The notes beneath the pieces are model-generated. The model made no database searches, was not told where the DNA came from, and was given only the letters and a program-made list of their open reading frames with translations. A stretch of DNA of 48,943 bases, taken from NCBI GenBank assembly GCA_050118395.1, contig JASFKY010000001.1, forward strand, positions 1 through 48,943, written 5' to 3'. The stretch is from Myxococcales bacterium. GTDB taxonomy: Bacteria > Myxococcota_A > Polyangia > Polyangiales > Houyiibacteriaceae. The translations under genes were made by a program, and so were the position numbers. This document shows positions 12,742 through 20,770 of the stretch, piece by piece. How positions within the stretch are numbered: the first letter of the stretch is position 1; each line of letters starts with the position of its first letter.

Positions 12742-14006
12742 GGTCGGTCCCCGGCCAGAAGAGCTCGTGCACGTTCGGCTGCACGTGCCCGTGGGATCTG
12801 CACTTGCGTCTGCTGTTGAAGGTCTTTGAGTTGGACGACGCCTTGCTCTACCTCGGATTGGCCGAGGATCATGGCGATGCGTGCGCTCATCTTGTCCGCG
12901 CGCCGTAGCTGACTCTTGAGCGAGCTGCCCCTGAGATCGCTCTCGACCCGAAGCCCCGCATCACGCAGCTCTCGGCCCAGCAGAGTCGCCTCGGCGCGAA
13001 CCTCCGGTTGGGCCGCCACCACGAAGACGTCGACGTGAGAGGTGGGCGACGGATCGGGCATCGCCATCATCAGCCTCTCGAGTCCCATGGCGAAGCCGAT
13101 GGCCGGCGTGGCGGGTCCGCCGAGGCTTTCCACCATGTGGTCGTATCGGCCTCCTCCGAGCAAGGCATTTTGCGCGCCTAGCCCCTCGCCTTTGCCGAGC
13201 ACCTCGAAAAGCGTCCGAGTGTAGTAATCGAGGCCTCGCACCAGCGAACCTTCGACGCGATACGGGGTGCCTAGCAACGTCAGCGTTTCCTGGAGCCCTT
13301 CGAAGTGCGCACGATCTTCGTCGGTCAGATATTGAAGGATCGAGGGCGCCTGCGCGGCGATCTCTGCGCAACGCGGCACCTTGCAATCGAGCACGCGAAG
13401 CGGATTGGCGTCCATGCGGCGCTGACAGTCGCTACAGAGCTCCTGGCGGTGGGGTTCGAGATACGCGAGCAGCGCTTCGCGATAACGCGCGCGCGTTTCG
13501 GCTCCGCCAATCGAGCCCACCAAGACCTCCACCTCGCTGATGCCCAGGCTCGAGATGAAGCCGACGACCATGTCGATGACCTCGGCGTCGACGAACGGGC
13601 CGGGATCGCCGAACACCTCGATGCCGGCTTGGTAGAACTGTCGATAGCGTCCCTTCGCCGGACGCTCCCGCCGATACATCGGACCGACGTAATACCACTT
13701 GGTGACCGGCTCTTTGGCCTGGATGCTGTGCTGAATGTACGCGCGTACCGCCGAAGCGGTGCCTTCGGGCCGGAGCGTGAGCGACTTCTCCGCCCGATCG
13801 GTGAAGGTGTACATCTCTTTTTCGACGATGTCGGTCGTCTCGCCGATCGAGCGCACGAACAAAGACGTGGGTTCGACGATGGGAAAGCGGGCCTCTCGGA
13901 ACCCATAGCTCTCCACCCGCTGGCGAAAAGCCTCTTCGAGACGGTGCCATTTGGCGATCTCGTCGGGCAGGATGTCCTTCATCCCCTTGACGGCGCGCAA
14001 GCTCAT
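12738..14006 (-). CDS. hisS: Histidine--tRNA ligase
   Basis: MSLRAVKGMKDILPDE..., FRYEQPQ-like MYRRERPAKGRYRQFYQ, and GGGRYD; class II HisRS motifs. Confidence 0.95.
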   Translation of the reverse strand: MSLRAVKGMKDILPDEIAKWHRLEEAFRQRVESYGFREARFPIVEPTSLFVRSIGETTDIVEKEMYTFTDRAEKSLTLRPEGTASAVRAYIQHSIQAKEPVTKWYYVGPMYRRERPAKGRYRQFYQAGIEVFGDPGPFVDAEVIDMVVGFISSLGISEVEVLVGSIGGAETRARYREALLAYLEPHRQELCSDCQRRMDANPLRVLDCKVPRCAEIAAQAPSILQYLTDEDRAHFEGLQETLTLLGTPYRVEGSLVRGLDYYTRTLFEVLGKGEGLGAQNALLGGGRYDHMVESLGGPATPAIGFAMGLERLMMAMPDPSPTSHVDVFVVAAQPEVRAEATLLGRELRDAGLRVESDLRGSSLKSQLRRADKMSARIAMILGQSEVEQGVVQLKDLQQQTQVQIPRARAAERARALLAGDRP

Positions 14007-14049
14007 GGCGTCCGGTTACTCGATGCGCCCAGAACGGGCAAGCTCAGGC

Positions 14050-14532
14050 TCAAGGAGCGAAATCGACGAAGACGTAGTTGAAACCGTCTTTGCCCTTTTC
14101 CTGTGTGACGGTGGGCGTGGCCGGGACTCGAAGCTCGAAGACCATGGCGAGGTTTTTCTTCCCTCGGCGCTGCACGGTGGCCCGTGTGACGGGCGTCTTG
14201 AAGAACTCCGTCTCGAGAGGCCGAAAGTTGTTCTTGAGATACACTCGGGTGTCCCGCAGGATCAGCTCGAAACGTCCCTCGGACTGGTGGGTCGCAATTT
14301 CGACCGGCCGAGAAGTCTGCACGAAAAAGCGGGACCCCCCCTCCTTGCGCATCATGAATCCCGGCCAGGTCAGCATCGCGGCGCCTTCGGGAATTTCCTC
14401 GGCCTTGGGCGGCAGATTGGCCGAGCCATCCGAGCCCGGTGTCACGCCTCCGTACGGCGCGCCGTCGTCGGCGGCCACCCCGGAAGCCGCCCACACGACG
14501 AGCAGCATTGCGACCGTGATCGTCTTCCCCAC
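14050..14532 (-). CDS. Secreted AMIN-domain-like protein
   Basis: GTG start at 14532 (alternative ATG at 14508). The signal peptide is TITVAMLLVVWAASGVAA. The segment SRFFVQTSRPVEIATHQSEGRFELILRDTRVYLKNNFRPLETEFFKTPVTRATV...VFVDF resembles AMIN domains of PilQ/AmiC-type proteins. Confidence 0.5.
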   Translation of the reverse strand: MGKTITVAMLLVVWAASGVAADDGAPYGGVTPGSDGSANLPPKAEEIPEGAAMLTWPGFMMRKEGGSRFFVQTSRPVEIATHQSEGRFELILRDTRVYLKNNFRPLETEFFKTPVTRATVQRRGKKNLAMVFELRVPATPTVTQEKGKDGFNYVFVDFAP

Positions 14533-14597
14533 GCTCTCAGGGTAAGCGACCAGTGGGGTGGGGCCCAAATTTCGCACGGGCCTGCCTTCGGCACGCC

Positions 14598-15809
14598 TCA
14601 GTGGCCTCGGCCGCCCTTGATGAGGTGGGCCACCCCTTCGCCCAGACCTTCCAAGGTGAGCGGGAACATGTCGAAGACCTGGCGGACGTAGTCGATTGTA
14701 TTGCCCGTCCAGTATCGTTGCGGCTCGGGATTGAGCCAGATGCCTCGGCGAAAATGCTGGCTGAGCATCATGAGCCATTGCAAGCCCTCGATCCCTCGGT
14801 CATCCCCGAGGTCGAGCGAGCCACCGGCCGCCAAGAGCTCGTACGGCGCCATGAGCGCATCGCCGACCATGATCAATTTGTAGTGCGGGCCGCATTCGTG
14901 AAGAAGGTCGCGCACCCGAATCGGCGTGTCGAAGCGTTCCGTCTTGTAAACGTGGCCGTACACGCAGTTATGGAAGTAGTACGTTCGCAGCTCTTTGAAG
15001 TGCGTCGACTTCTTCGCCGCTGAAAAAAGCCGCGAGCACAGATGTGCAAAGGGGTCCATCGATCCCCCGACATCCATCATCAAAATGATGCGCGTATTGT
15101 GGCGCCGAGGCGGCCTGGTCACGACCTCGAGCTCACCGGCGTTTTTCGCGGTTGCGTCGATCGTTCCATCGAGGTCGAGCTCCTCGTCACCGCCTTCCCG
15201 TGCAAAGGCGCGAAGCTTGCGAAGCGCGACCTGCATTTGCCGAACGTCGAGAGTCAGATCTTGCCGGTAAGGTCGATAGAGCCTGGCGTCTGCGACTTTG
15301 ACGGCGCTGCGACCGCCGCCGGAGCCACCGATACGAAACCCTTTGGGAGAGCGTCCCCCATGACCAAACGGAGACGTGCCGCCCGTGCCGATCCACTTGG
15401 TGCCACCATGGTGCTCTTCCTCTTGCTCGGCCAGCCTCTCTTCGAAGAGCTTGCGGAGCTCGTCTAGATCGAGGCTCTCGACGAATTGGCGCTGCTCCTC
15501 GGTGAGCTCGGCCATGTTCTCTTTGGCTTGCTGCAGCCACTCCCAGAGCTCGTCTTTGAGCTTCTTGGATTCGATCTCGACGCCTTTGAAAAACGACAAA
15601 AATGCTTCGTCGAACGAGTCTAGGTGCGCTTCGCTGTGAATCATCACGGCGCGGGCGACGTTGTAGAAGCCCTCGAGCGAGCTTTCATGAAGCCCCGCTT
15701 CGAGGGCCTGTGCGAGCGCGAGGACCTCTTGCGTTCCCACCGGAACGCCGCGACCGCGAAGCTCGTACATGAAAGGGACTAGAATTTCAGCTTCTCCATT
15801 GTCGGCCAC
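14598..15809 (-). CDS. VWA domain protein, CoxE-like partner of MoxR ATPases
   Basis: N-terminal FMYELRGRGVPVGTQEVLALAQAL is typical of CoxE-like proteins. The C-terminal VWA has a MIDAS-like IILMMDVGGSMDP. GTG start. It overlaps the upstream moxR-like gene by 23 nt. Confidence 0.8.
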   Translation of the reverse strand: MADNGEAEILVPFMYELRGRGVPVGTQEVLALAQALEAGLHESSLEGFYNVARAVMIHSEAHLDSFDEAFLSFFKGVEIESKKLKDELWEWLQQAKENMAELTEEQRQFVESLDLDELRKLFEERLAEQEEEHHGGTKWIGTGGTSPFGHGGRSPKGFRIGGSGGGRSAVKVADARLYRPYRQDLTLDVRQMQVALRKLRAFAREGGDEELDLDGTIDATAKNAGELEVVTRPPRRHNTRIILMMDVGGSMDPFAHLCSRLFSAAKKSTHFKELRTYYFHNCVYGHVYKTERFDTPIRVRDLLHECGPHYKLIMVGDALMAPYELLAAGGSLDLGDDRGIEGLQWLMMLSQHFRRGIWLNPEPQRYWTGNTIDYVRQVFDMFPLTLEGLGEGVAHLIKGGRGH

Positions 15810-16647
15810 CCGAAAGCTGATCGGCGTAGGCGACGAGGTCTTGTTCCTTCTTCAGCAAGGCACCGAGGAAAGGCAGGTTTTCCTCGAGCTGTACGCTTTG
15901 AATGCCCGCGCGCTGAAGCACTGCGATCCAATCGACGAGCTCACTGGTGCTTGGGCGCTTCCTCAAGCGGCGCATGCTGCGAATTTCGTAGAAGGTCTTG
16001 AGCGCCTGCTCGACGAGGCTCTGGTGAACTTTGGGATGATGGACGCGAACGATGTCAGCCATCAGCTCGGGCGTGGGAAAATCGATGAAGTGAAAGACAC
16101 AACGCCGAAGAAACGCGTCTGGTAGCTCCTTTTCGGCGTTGCTCGTGATGATGACGATCGGTCGCTCGGTGGAGACGATGTCTTGCTGGGTTTCGTCGAT
16201 GTGAAAGCGCATCCGGTCGAGCTCGTTCAGCAGGTCGTTGGGGAACTCGACGTCGGCCTTGTCGATCTCGTCGATCAGCAGGACGACCCGCTCCTTCGCG
16301 GCAAATGCCTCGCCCATCGGACCGAGCTTGATGTACTGGCTGATGTCGTTGACGTCCTTGTCCCCAAAGCGGGAGTCGTAGAGCCGCTGCACGGTGTCGT
16401 AGACGTAGAGGCCGTCCTGTGCGCGGGTGGTGCTCCGGATGTTCCACCGCAGCAGCCGCATCTGCAGGGCTTCCGCCACGGCTTCGGCAAGTAACGTCTT
16501 GCCCGTGCCTGGCTCCCCGCGAACGAGAAGGGGGCGTTCCAAAACCACGGCGCAGTTGACCGCGGACTCCAGCCCCTCGCTCGTGAGATACGTCGGGGTG
16601 CCGGAAAAGCGTCGAAAATCTTCAACCATGGAGCCGAAAGCTAACAT
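15787..16647 (-). CDS. MoxR/CoxD-like AAA+ ATPase
   Basis: Walker A is LLVRGEPGTGKTLLAEAVAEAL and Walker B is VVLLIDEIDKA. The size (~286 aa) fits the MoxR family. An alternative ATG is at 16629. Confidence 0.85.
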   Translation of the reverse strand: MLAFGSMVEDFRRFSGTPTYLTSEGLESAVNCAVVLERPLLVRGEPGTGKTLLAEAVAEALQMRLLRWNIRSTTRAQDGLYVYDTVQRLYDSRFGDKDVNDISQYIKLGPMGEAFAAKERVVLLIDEIDKADVEFPNDLLNELDRMRFHIDETQQDIVSTERPIVIITSNAEKELPDAFLRRCVFHFIDFPTPELMADIVRVHHPKVHQSLVEQALKTFYEIRSMRRLRKRPSTSELVDWIAVLQRAGIQSVQLEENLPFLGALLKKEQDLVAYADQLSGGRQWRS

Positions 16648-16770
16648 GCTCCTGCAAAATGGCGACCGGGAGAGGGCCGCGAGGCAGGCAAGACCTGCAG
16701 GGGCGCAGCCTCGGGGGACCCCGGTCTAGGCCGGGCTCGGAAAAAGCGCGACACGGACTTGCGGGGGACG

Positions 16771-16827
16771 GAGCGGCTTGCATGGGTGGTCCGATGCACT
16801 TGTTGGCTTCGACCACGCAAGCCGCTC
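16771..16827. repeat. Long imperfect inverted repeat (hairpin) in the moxR/yceD intergenic region
   Basis: The outer arms are gagcggcttgc (16771-16781) and gcaagccgctc (16817-16827), 11 bp and perfect. An inner 6-bp stem is gtggtc (16786-16791) with gaccac (16811-16816). Confidence 0.6.
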
Positions 16828-16857
16828 CTCGGGCGGCGCGCCAATCGGAAGTGGTTG

Positions 16858-16905
16858 CAGCGTCAGAGCCAGCGTCAGAGCCAGCGACAGTGTCAGCGAC
16901 AGCGC
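16858..16905. repeat. Four tandem 12-nt units (cagcgtcagagc x2, cagcgacagtgt, cagcgacagcgc)
   Basis: Read directly from the sequence. It lies in a region of low GC3 that I judge non-coding. Confidence 0.8.
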
Positions 16906-16980
16906 GGCGCTGGCGTCAGGGCTGTGAATTGCGTCGAATTACAGAATGTTATCCCGACTCAGGCCGGGTGGCGACCCTCC

Positions 16981-17009
16981 TTGACAGCGACATCGGCACG
17001 ACGAATAGT
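16981..17009 (+). promoter_or_regulatory. Candidate sigma-70-type promoter for yceD-rpmF-fab operon
   Basis: TTGACA (16981-16986), a 17-nt spacer, then AATAGT (17004-17009), ~58 nt upstream of the yceD ATG. Confidence 0.4.
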
Positions 17010-17066
17010 TCCCCGCTATCGTGCCCTTGGAGGGTTGCTTGGCGGTCGCCTGTCGCGTGCAATTCC

Positions 17067-17621
17067 ATGTCTGCTTTCGTCCTACAGATCCAGGACCTCG
17101 ACGAGTCCGGGAGAGATTGGAGCTTTGCCATCGGCGAAGCATGGCTCGCGTCCGCGTTGGCCGACACGGAGCTGAGGCCGGCTAGCGGCGAAGGGCGGCT
17201 GAGCGTGCACGCTCAGCGCAACGGCCCAGACGTGCTGATTCAAGGGCGCATCGAGGCCCGCCTCCTCGCGACGTGCGCTCGCTGTTTGGGTGACGCGCCG
17301 CTGAACGTCGACCTCGCGCTCGCGGCTCTTTTTAGCCCGGAGCACACGCGGCCTCACGACGGGGAGGACCCAGTCGACGTTCGGTTGGACGAAGTCAACC
17401 GAGACTACTACGGAGGCAGGGAAATCGTCTTGGATCCGATGATCCGCGAATACTTGTTGCTAGAGGCACCCATGAAGCCTTTGTGCTCGGAGACTTGCGA
17501 GGGGATTTCCGTTCCCGCGCACCTCCGGCCACCAGAGGCGGTTTTTGGGGCGTCCGCGCCCGACGCGCGCTTCGCCCCCCTACTCAAGCTCAAAGAAGCG
17601 CTTACGAAGAACGAGGAGTGA
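17067..17621 (+). CDS. yceD: YceD/DUF177 family protein (large-subunit rRNA accumulation protein)
   Basis: Has CARCLGDAP...C-terminal acidic Cys motif CSETCEGI and sits in the conserved position immediately upstream of rpmF. Start chosen at the ATG at 17067 (MSAFVLQIQDL). The longer in-frame ORF from 16659 has poor GC3. Confidence 0.78.
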   Translation: MSAFVLQIQDLDESGRDWSFAIGEAWLASALADTELRPASGEGRLSVHAQRNGPDVLIQGRIEARLLATCARCLGDAPLNVDLALAALFSPEHTRPHDGEDPVDVRLDEVNRDYYGGREIVLDPMIREYLLLEAPMKPLCSETCEGISVPAHLRPPEAVFGASAPDARFAPLLKLKEALTKNEE

Positions 17622-17625
17622 TTCC

Positions 17626-17820
17626 GTGGCAGTACCAAAACGTAGAACCAGCCCGATGAAGCGCGATCAGCGCCGGGCCCAGCACGACAAAGTCACCGCA
17701 CCCAACGTGATTCCCTGCCCAAACTGCGGCGACGTCATGATGCCGCATCGGGCCTGTCCCGCTTGCGGATACTACAAGGGGCGGCAAGTTACCAAGGGCC
17801 AGGCGGACGAGCTCGAGTAG
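17626..17820 (+). CDS. rpmF: 50S ribosomal protein L32
   Basis: (V)AVPKRRTSPMKRDQRRAQH...CPNCGDVMMPHRACPACGYYKGRQV. The GTG start is preceded by GAGGAG. Confidence 0.9.
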   Translation: MAVPKRRTSPMKRDQRRAQHDKVTAPNVIPCPNCGDVMMPHRACPACGYYKGRQVTKGQADELE

Positions 17821-17824
17821 GCGC

Positions 17825-18571
17825 GTGTTCGCCTTGGCGGGAAAGATCGCCATCGTCACGGGGGGGTCTCGAGGTATCGGACGTGCAACGTGCGTCGCCC
17901 TGTCTCGGGCGGGCGCGTTCGTGCTCGTGAATTACCGCTCCAATACGGAGGCCGCTCGCGAGACCCTCCGGCTCGTCGAGGAAGCGGGTGGACGCGGCGA
18001 ATTGCTCCCTTTCGACGTCTCCGACTCCTCCTCGGTCGATCAGGCCATTCGGGGCGCTCTCGATCGTCATGGTCGAATCGACATTCTCGTGAACAACGCG
18101 GGAATCTCGCTCGACCAGCTCTTGTTGAGAATATCGCCGAGAGACCTCGAGATGACCTGGGCCACCAACGTGAACGGGGCGATGTATTGCGCCAAGGCCT
18201 GCATTCGCCCGATGATGCGGAATCGGTGGGGGCGAATCATCAACGTCTCGAGTGTGGTGGCAGAGTCCGGAAACCCAGGGCAAGTGATCTATTCAGCCTC
18301 GAAAGCGGCTCTTTTGGGCATGACCCGAACGCTGGCGCGCGAATATGCCTCTCGGGGCATCACCGTCAATGCCGTGGCTCCCGGCTTCATCGAGACGGAC
18401 ATGACCTCGGACCTGTCGGACTCGGCCAAGCAGGCGATCATCGATCAGACGCCAGTGGGACGAATTGGCCGTGCGGACGAGGTCGCTGCTGCGGTAGTGT
18501 TCTTGGCAAGCGAAGAAGCGAGCTATATCACCGGGCAAGTGGTCCGGGTCAACGGAGGCATGTACGTCTGA
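17825..18571 (+). CDS. fabG: 3-oxoacyl-[ACP] reductase FabG
   Basis: SDR motifs: GKIAIVTGGSRGIG, NNAG, and the YSASKAA catalytic Y-x3-K. Located upstream of acpP. Confidence 0.9.
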   Translation: MFALAGKIAIVTGGSRGIGRATCVALSRAGAFVLVNYRSNTEAARETLRLVEEAGGRGELLPFDVSDSSSVDQAIRGALDRHGRIDILVNNAGISLDQLLLRISPRDLEMTWATNVNGAMYCAKACIRPMMRNRWGRIINVSSVVAESGNPGQVIYSASKAALLGMTRTLAREYASRGITVNAVAPGFIETDMTSDLSDSAKQAIIDQTPVGRIGRADEVAAAVVFLASEEASYITGQVVRVNGGMYV

Positions 18572-18594
18572 GGCGTGCGTGACGGAGGAAACAC

Positions 18595-18831
18595 ATGGAC
18601 ATCGCTGAGAAGGTGAAAGAAATCGTTTCGGACAAGCTCGACGTCGATCGGGGGGAGATCGAGGAAGACAAAGACTTCGTGCAGGATCTCAAAGCCGACT
18701 CCCTCGCAATCGTCGAAGTGGTTCTGGCGCTCGAAGAGCAGTTCGAGATCGAGATTCCGGACGAGGATACCGAAAAAATCAAAACCGTCCGCGATGCCAT
18801 CGAATACATCAAGACGCACGCGGCGACCTAG
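18595..18831 (+). CDS. acpP: Acyl carrier protein
   Basis: 78 aa, with the [28 protein letters not shown] phosphopantetheine-Ser motif (DSL). Confidence 0.95.
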   Translation: MDIAEKVKEIVSDKLDVDRGEIEEDKDFVQDLKADSLAIVEVVLALEEQFEIEIPDEDTEKIKTVRDAIEYIKTHAAT

Positions 18832-18861
18832 CTCGCTCGGGCTCGGAAGCAGGTTTCACTG

Positions 18862-20100
18862 ATGCGACGCGTCGTCATCACGGGGGTAGGCACCGTGAGC
18901 CCCTGCGGAGCCGACGTCCCTACGACTTGGAGTCACATCTGCGAGGGTCGCAGCGGAATCGCCAAGATACAGAGCTTCGATCCCACCGAGTTCGCTTCGC
19001 AGATCGCGGGAGAGTGTCGAGACTTCGACCCGTTGCACTACATGTCGAAGCGCAAGCTGCGCGAGGCGGCACGGTTCATCCAGCTAGCCATCGCCGCGAG
19101 CGAGCAAGCGGTCAAAGGGTCGGGCTTCGAGCCGACCGAAGAGCAAAAAGAGAGAGTGGGCACCTTCATCGGAGTGGGCTTTTGTGGTCTCGAAGTCTTC
19201 GAGGACACCTGCAAGACTCTCTTCGAAAAAGGACCACGGCGAGTTTCCCCTTATTTCGTGCCATCGGTGATCTCGAACTTGGCGCCAGGCCAGGTGAGTC
19301 TTCAATGGGGCTTCAAGGGACCGAGCTACACCCACACGAGCGCCTGCGCTTCCGGCGCCCACGCCATCGGTGATGCGTTTCGCTGGATTCAGCGGGGCGA
19401 CATCGACGCGGCCGTGGCCGGTGGAGCCGAAGCCGCCGTCACTCCGATCGGGGTCGCGGCGTTTGCTTCGATGCGCGCTCTGTCCCGAAGGAACGACGCC
19501 CCCGAGCTGGCGAGTCGCCCCTTCGACGTGGACCGCGATGGATTCGTGATCGCGGAGGGCGCCGGAGTGCTGATGCTCGAGGAGCGAGAGGCCGCCCTGG
19601 CCCGGGGGGCTTCCATCCTCGCCGAGATCATCGGTTATGCGGCCACCTCGGACGCCTACCACATGGTGCAGCCGGCGCCGGATGCGGAAGGCGCGCAGCG
19701 TGCGATGAAGCTCGCCCTGCGTGATGCCCACATGAATCCTTCAGATCTTGACTACATCAACGCGCACGGCACCTCGACGCCCATGGGCGACGAGGGCGAG
19801 CTCATCGGGATTCGAAAGGTTTTCGGGGATCACGCGACCGGCGGCCTGGCCGTATCGAGCACCAAGAGCATGACGGGACATCTGCTTGGCGCGGCGGGGG
19901 GGCTCGAGCCCTTGCTGTGCGTTCTCGCGCTCCGTGACGGCCTTCTTCCGCCGACCATCAACTTGGACCATCCCGATCCGGCCGGCGCAGGCATGAATTT
20001 GGTGCCAAACCAAGCGCAGGAGAGGCCGGTCCGCACGGTGATGAACAACTCGTTCGGCTTCGGCGGGACCAATTGCACGCTCGTGCTAAGGGCTCCCTAG
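18862..20100 (+). CDS. fabF: 3-oxoacyl-[ACP] synthase II FabF
   Basis: MRRVVITGVG..., active-site TSACASG, HGTSTP and GHLLGAAG motifs. Confidence 0.95.
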   Translation: MRRVVITGVGTVSPCGADVPTTWSHICEGRSGIAKIQSFDPTEFASQIAGECRDFDPLHYMSKRKLREAARFIQLAIAASEQAVKGSGFEPTEEQKERVGTFIGVGFCGLEVFEDTCKTLFEKGPRRVSPYFVPSVISNLAPGQVSLQWGFKGPSYTHTSACASGAHAIGDAFRWIQRGDIDAAVAGGAEAAVTPIGVAAFASMRALSRRNDAPELASRPFDVDRDGFVIAEGAGVLMLEEREAALARGASILAEIIGYAATSDAYHMVQPAPDAEGAQRAMKLALRDAHMNPSDLDYINAHGTSTPMGDEGELIGIRKVFGDHATGGLAVSSTKSMTGHLLGAAGGLEPLLCVLALRDGLLPPTINLDHPDPAGAGMNLVPNQAQERPVRTVMNNSFGFGGTNCTLVLRAP

Positions 20101-20102
20101 CC

Positions 20103-20546
20103 ATGCCCGGAGTGCTCGTCATCGGCTCGGACCACGCGGGGCTCGCTCTCAAACGCGAGCTGGCGCATCTGGCGATGGATCTTGGATGGGATGTGCGCGA
20201 CGTCGGCACCCACAGCTCGGAGTCGACCGATTATCCGGATTACGCGCATCGCGTTGCGGAGGCGGTGGCCGAAGGGCAGGGGTTGGGGCTGCTCGTCTGC
20301 GGGACTGGAATCGGCATGTCCATGGCCGCCAATCGCCACGAGGGCGTCCGAGCTGCAGTGTGCAGTGACATGTACAGCGCCACCATGAGCCGCGAGCACA
20401 ATGACGCCAACGTGCTTTGCCTCGGTGCGCGCGTCGTCGGCGTGGGTCTCGCTTCGGAGATACTCAAAGCGTTTTTGGGCGCGCGCTTCGAAGGGGGTCG
20501 GCACGCGCGCCGGGTGAGCAAGATCGAGCCCTCGCATGAAGGTTGA
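20103..20546 (+). CDS. rpiB: Ribose-5-phosphate isomerase B
   Basis: VLVIGSDHAGLALK, LLVCGTGIGMSMAANR and SREHNDANVLCLGARV are RpiB/LacAB motifs. Confidence 0.9.
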   Translation: MPGVLVIGSDHAGLALKRELAHLAMDLGWDVRDVGTHSSESTDYPDYAHRVAEAVAEGQGLGLLVCGTGIGMSMAANRHEGVRAAVCSDMYSATMSREHNDANVLCLGARVVGVGLASEILKAFLGARFEGGRHARRVSKIEPSHEG

Positions 20547-20730
20547 GCAGGACGAGCAGTTCCGGCTGCAGCGAGAGCGATTTCGGCTCAGATGGAACTG
20601 CGAGGACTGTGCGCTGTTCGATCGGGATCGTGGTTGTGCGCACGGGTTTCCCACCCATCGACACCGAAGGTCCCGCTACGATGACCCCTCGGCCGACCTC
20701 CTCTTTTGCAAGGACTTCGAGCTCTTTTAG
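20536..20730 (+). CDS. Small (64 aa) Cys/His-containing hypothetical protein
   Basis: GC3-biased ORF that overlaps the rpiB stop by 11 nt. Contains C-x2-C...C...C (NCEDCALFDRDRGCAHGFPTHRH...LLFC). Confidence 0.4.
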   Translation: MKVEQDEQFRLQRERFRLRWNCEDCALFDRDRGCAHGFPTHRHRRSRYDDPSADLLFCKDFELF

Positions 20731-20770
20731 AAGCTTGCTGGGACTGCGGTCGATCGCGCCGCCATCATGG

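Noticed and set aside
14598-16647. MoxR-VWA pair as part of an anti-phage defence or carbon-monoxide dehydrogenase (cox) cluster
   Set aside because: No coxLMS genes and no nuclease, protease or effector genes are adjacent. The neighbours are hisS and ribosomal/fatty-acid genes, so nothing supports either reading.
16858-16905. Possible CRISPR array or minisatellite
   Set aside because: The units are only 12 nt long, directly tandem without spacers, and there are four copies. This does not fit CRISPR architecture.
16659-17066. In-frame upstream extension that would make YceD 320 aa long
   Set aside because: Third-position GC is clearly lower than in real genes here. The translation is low-complexity. 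A good promoter-like element lies inside the extension. DUF177 proteins are typically ~170-190 aa.
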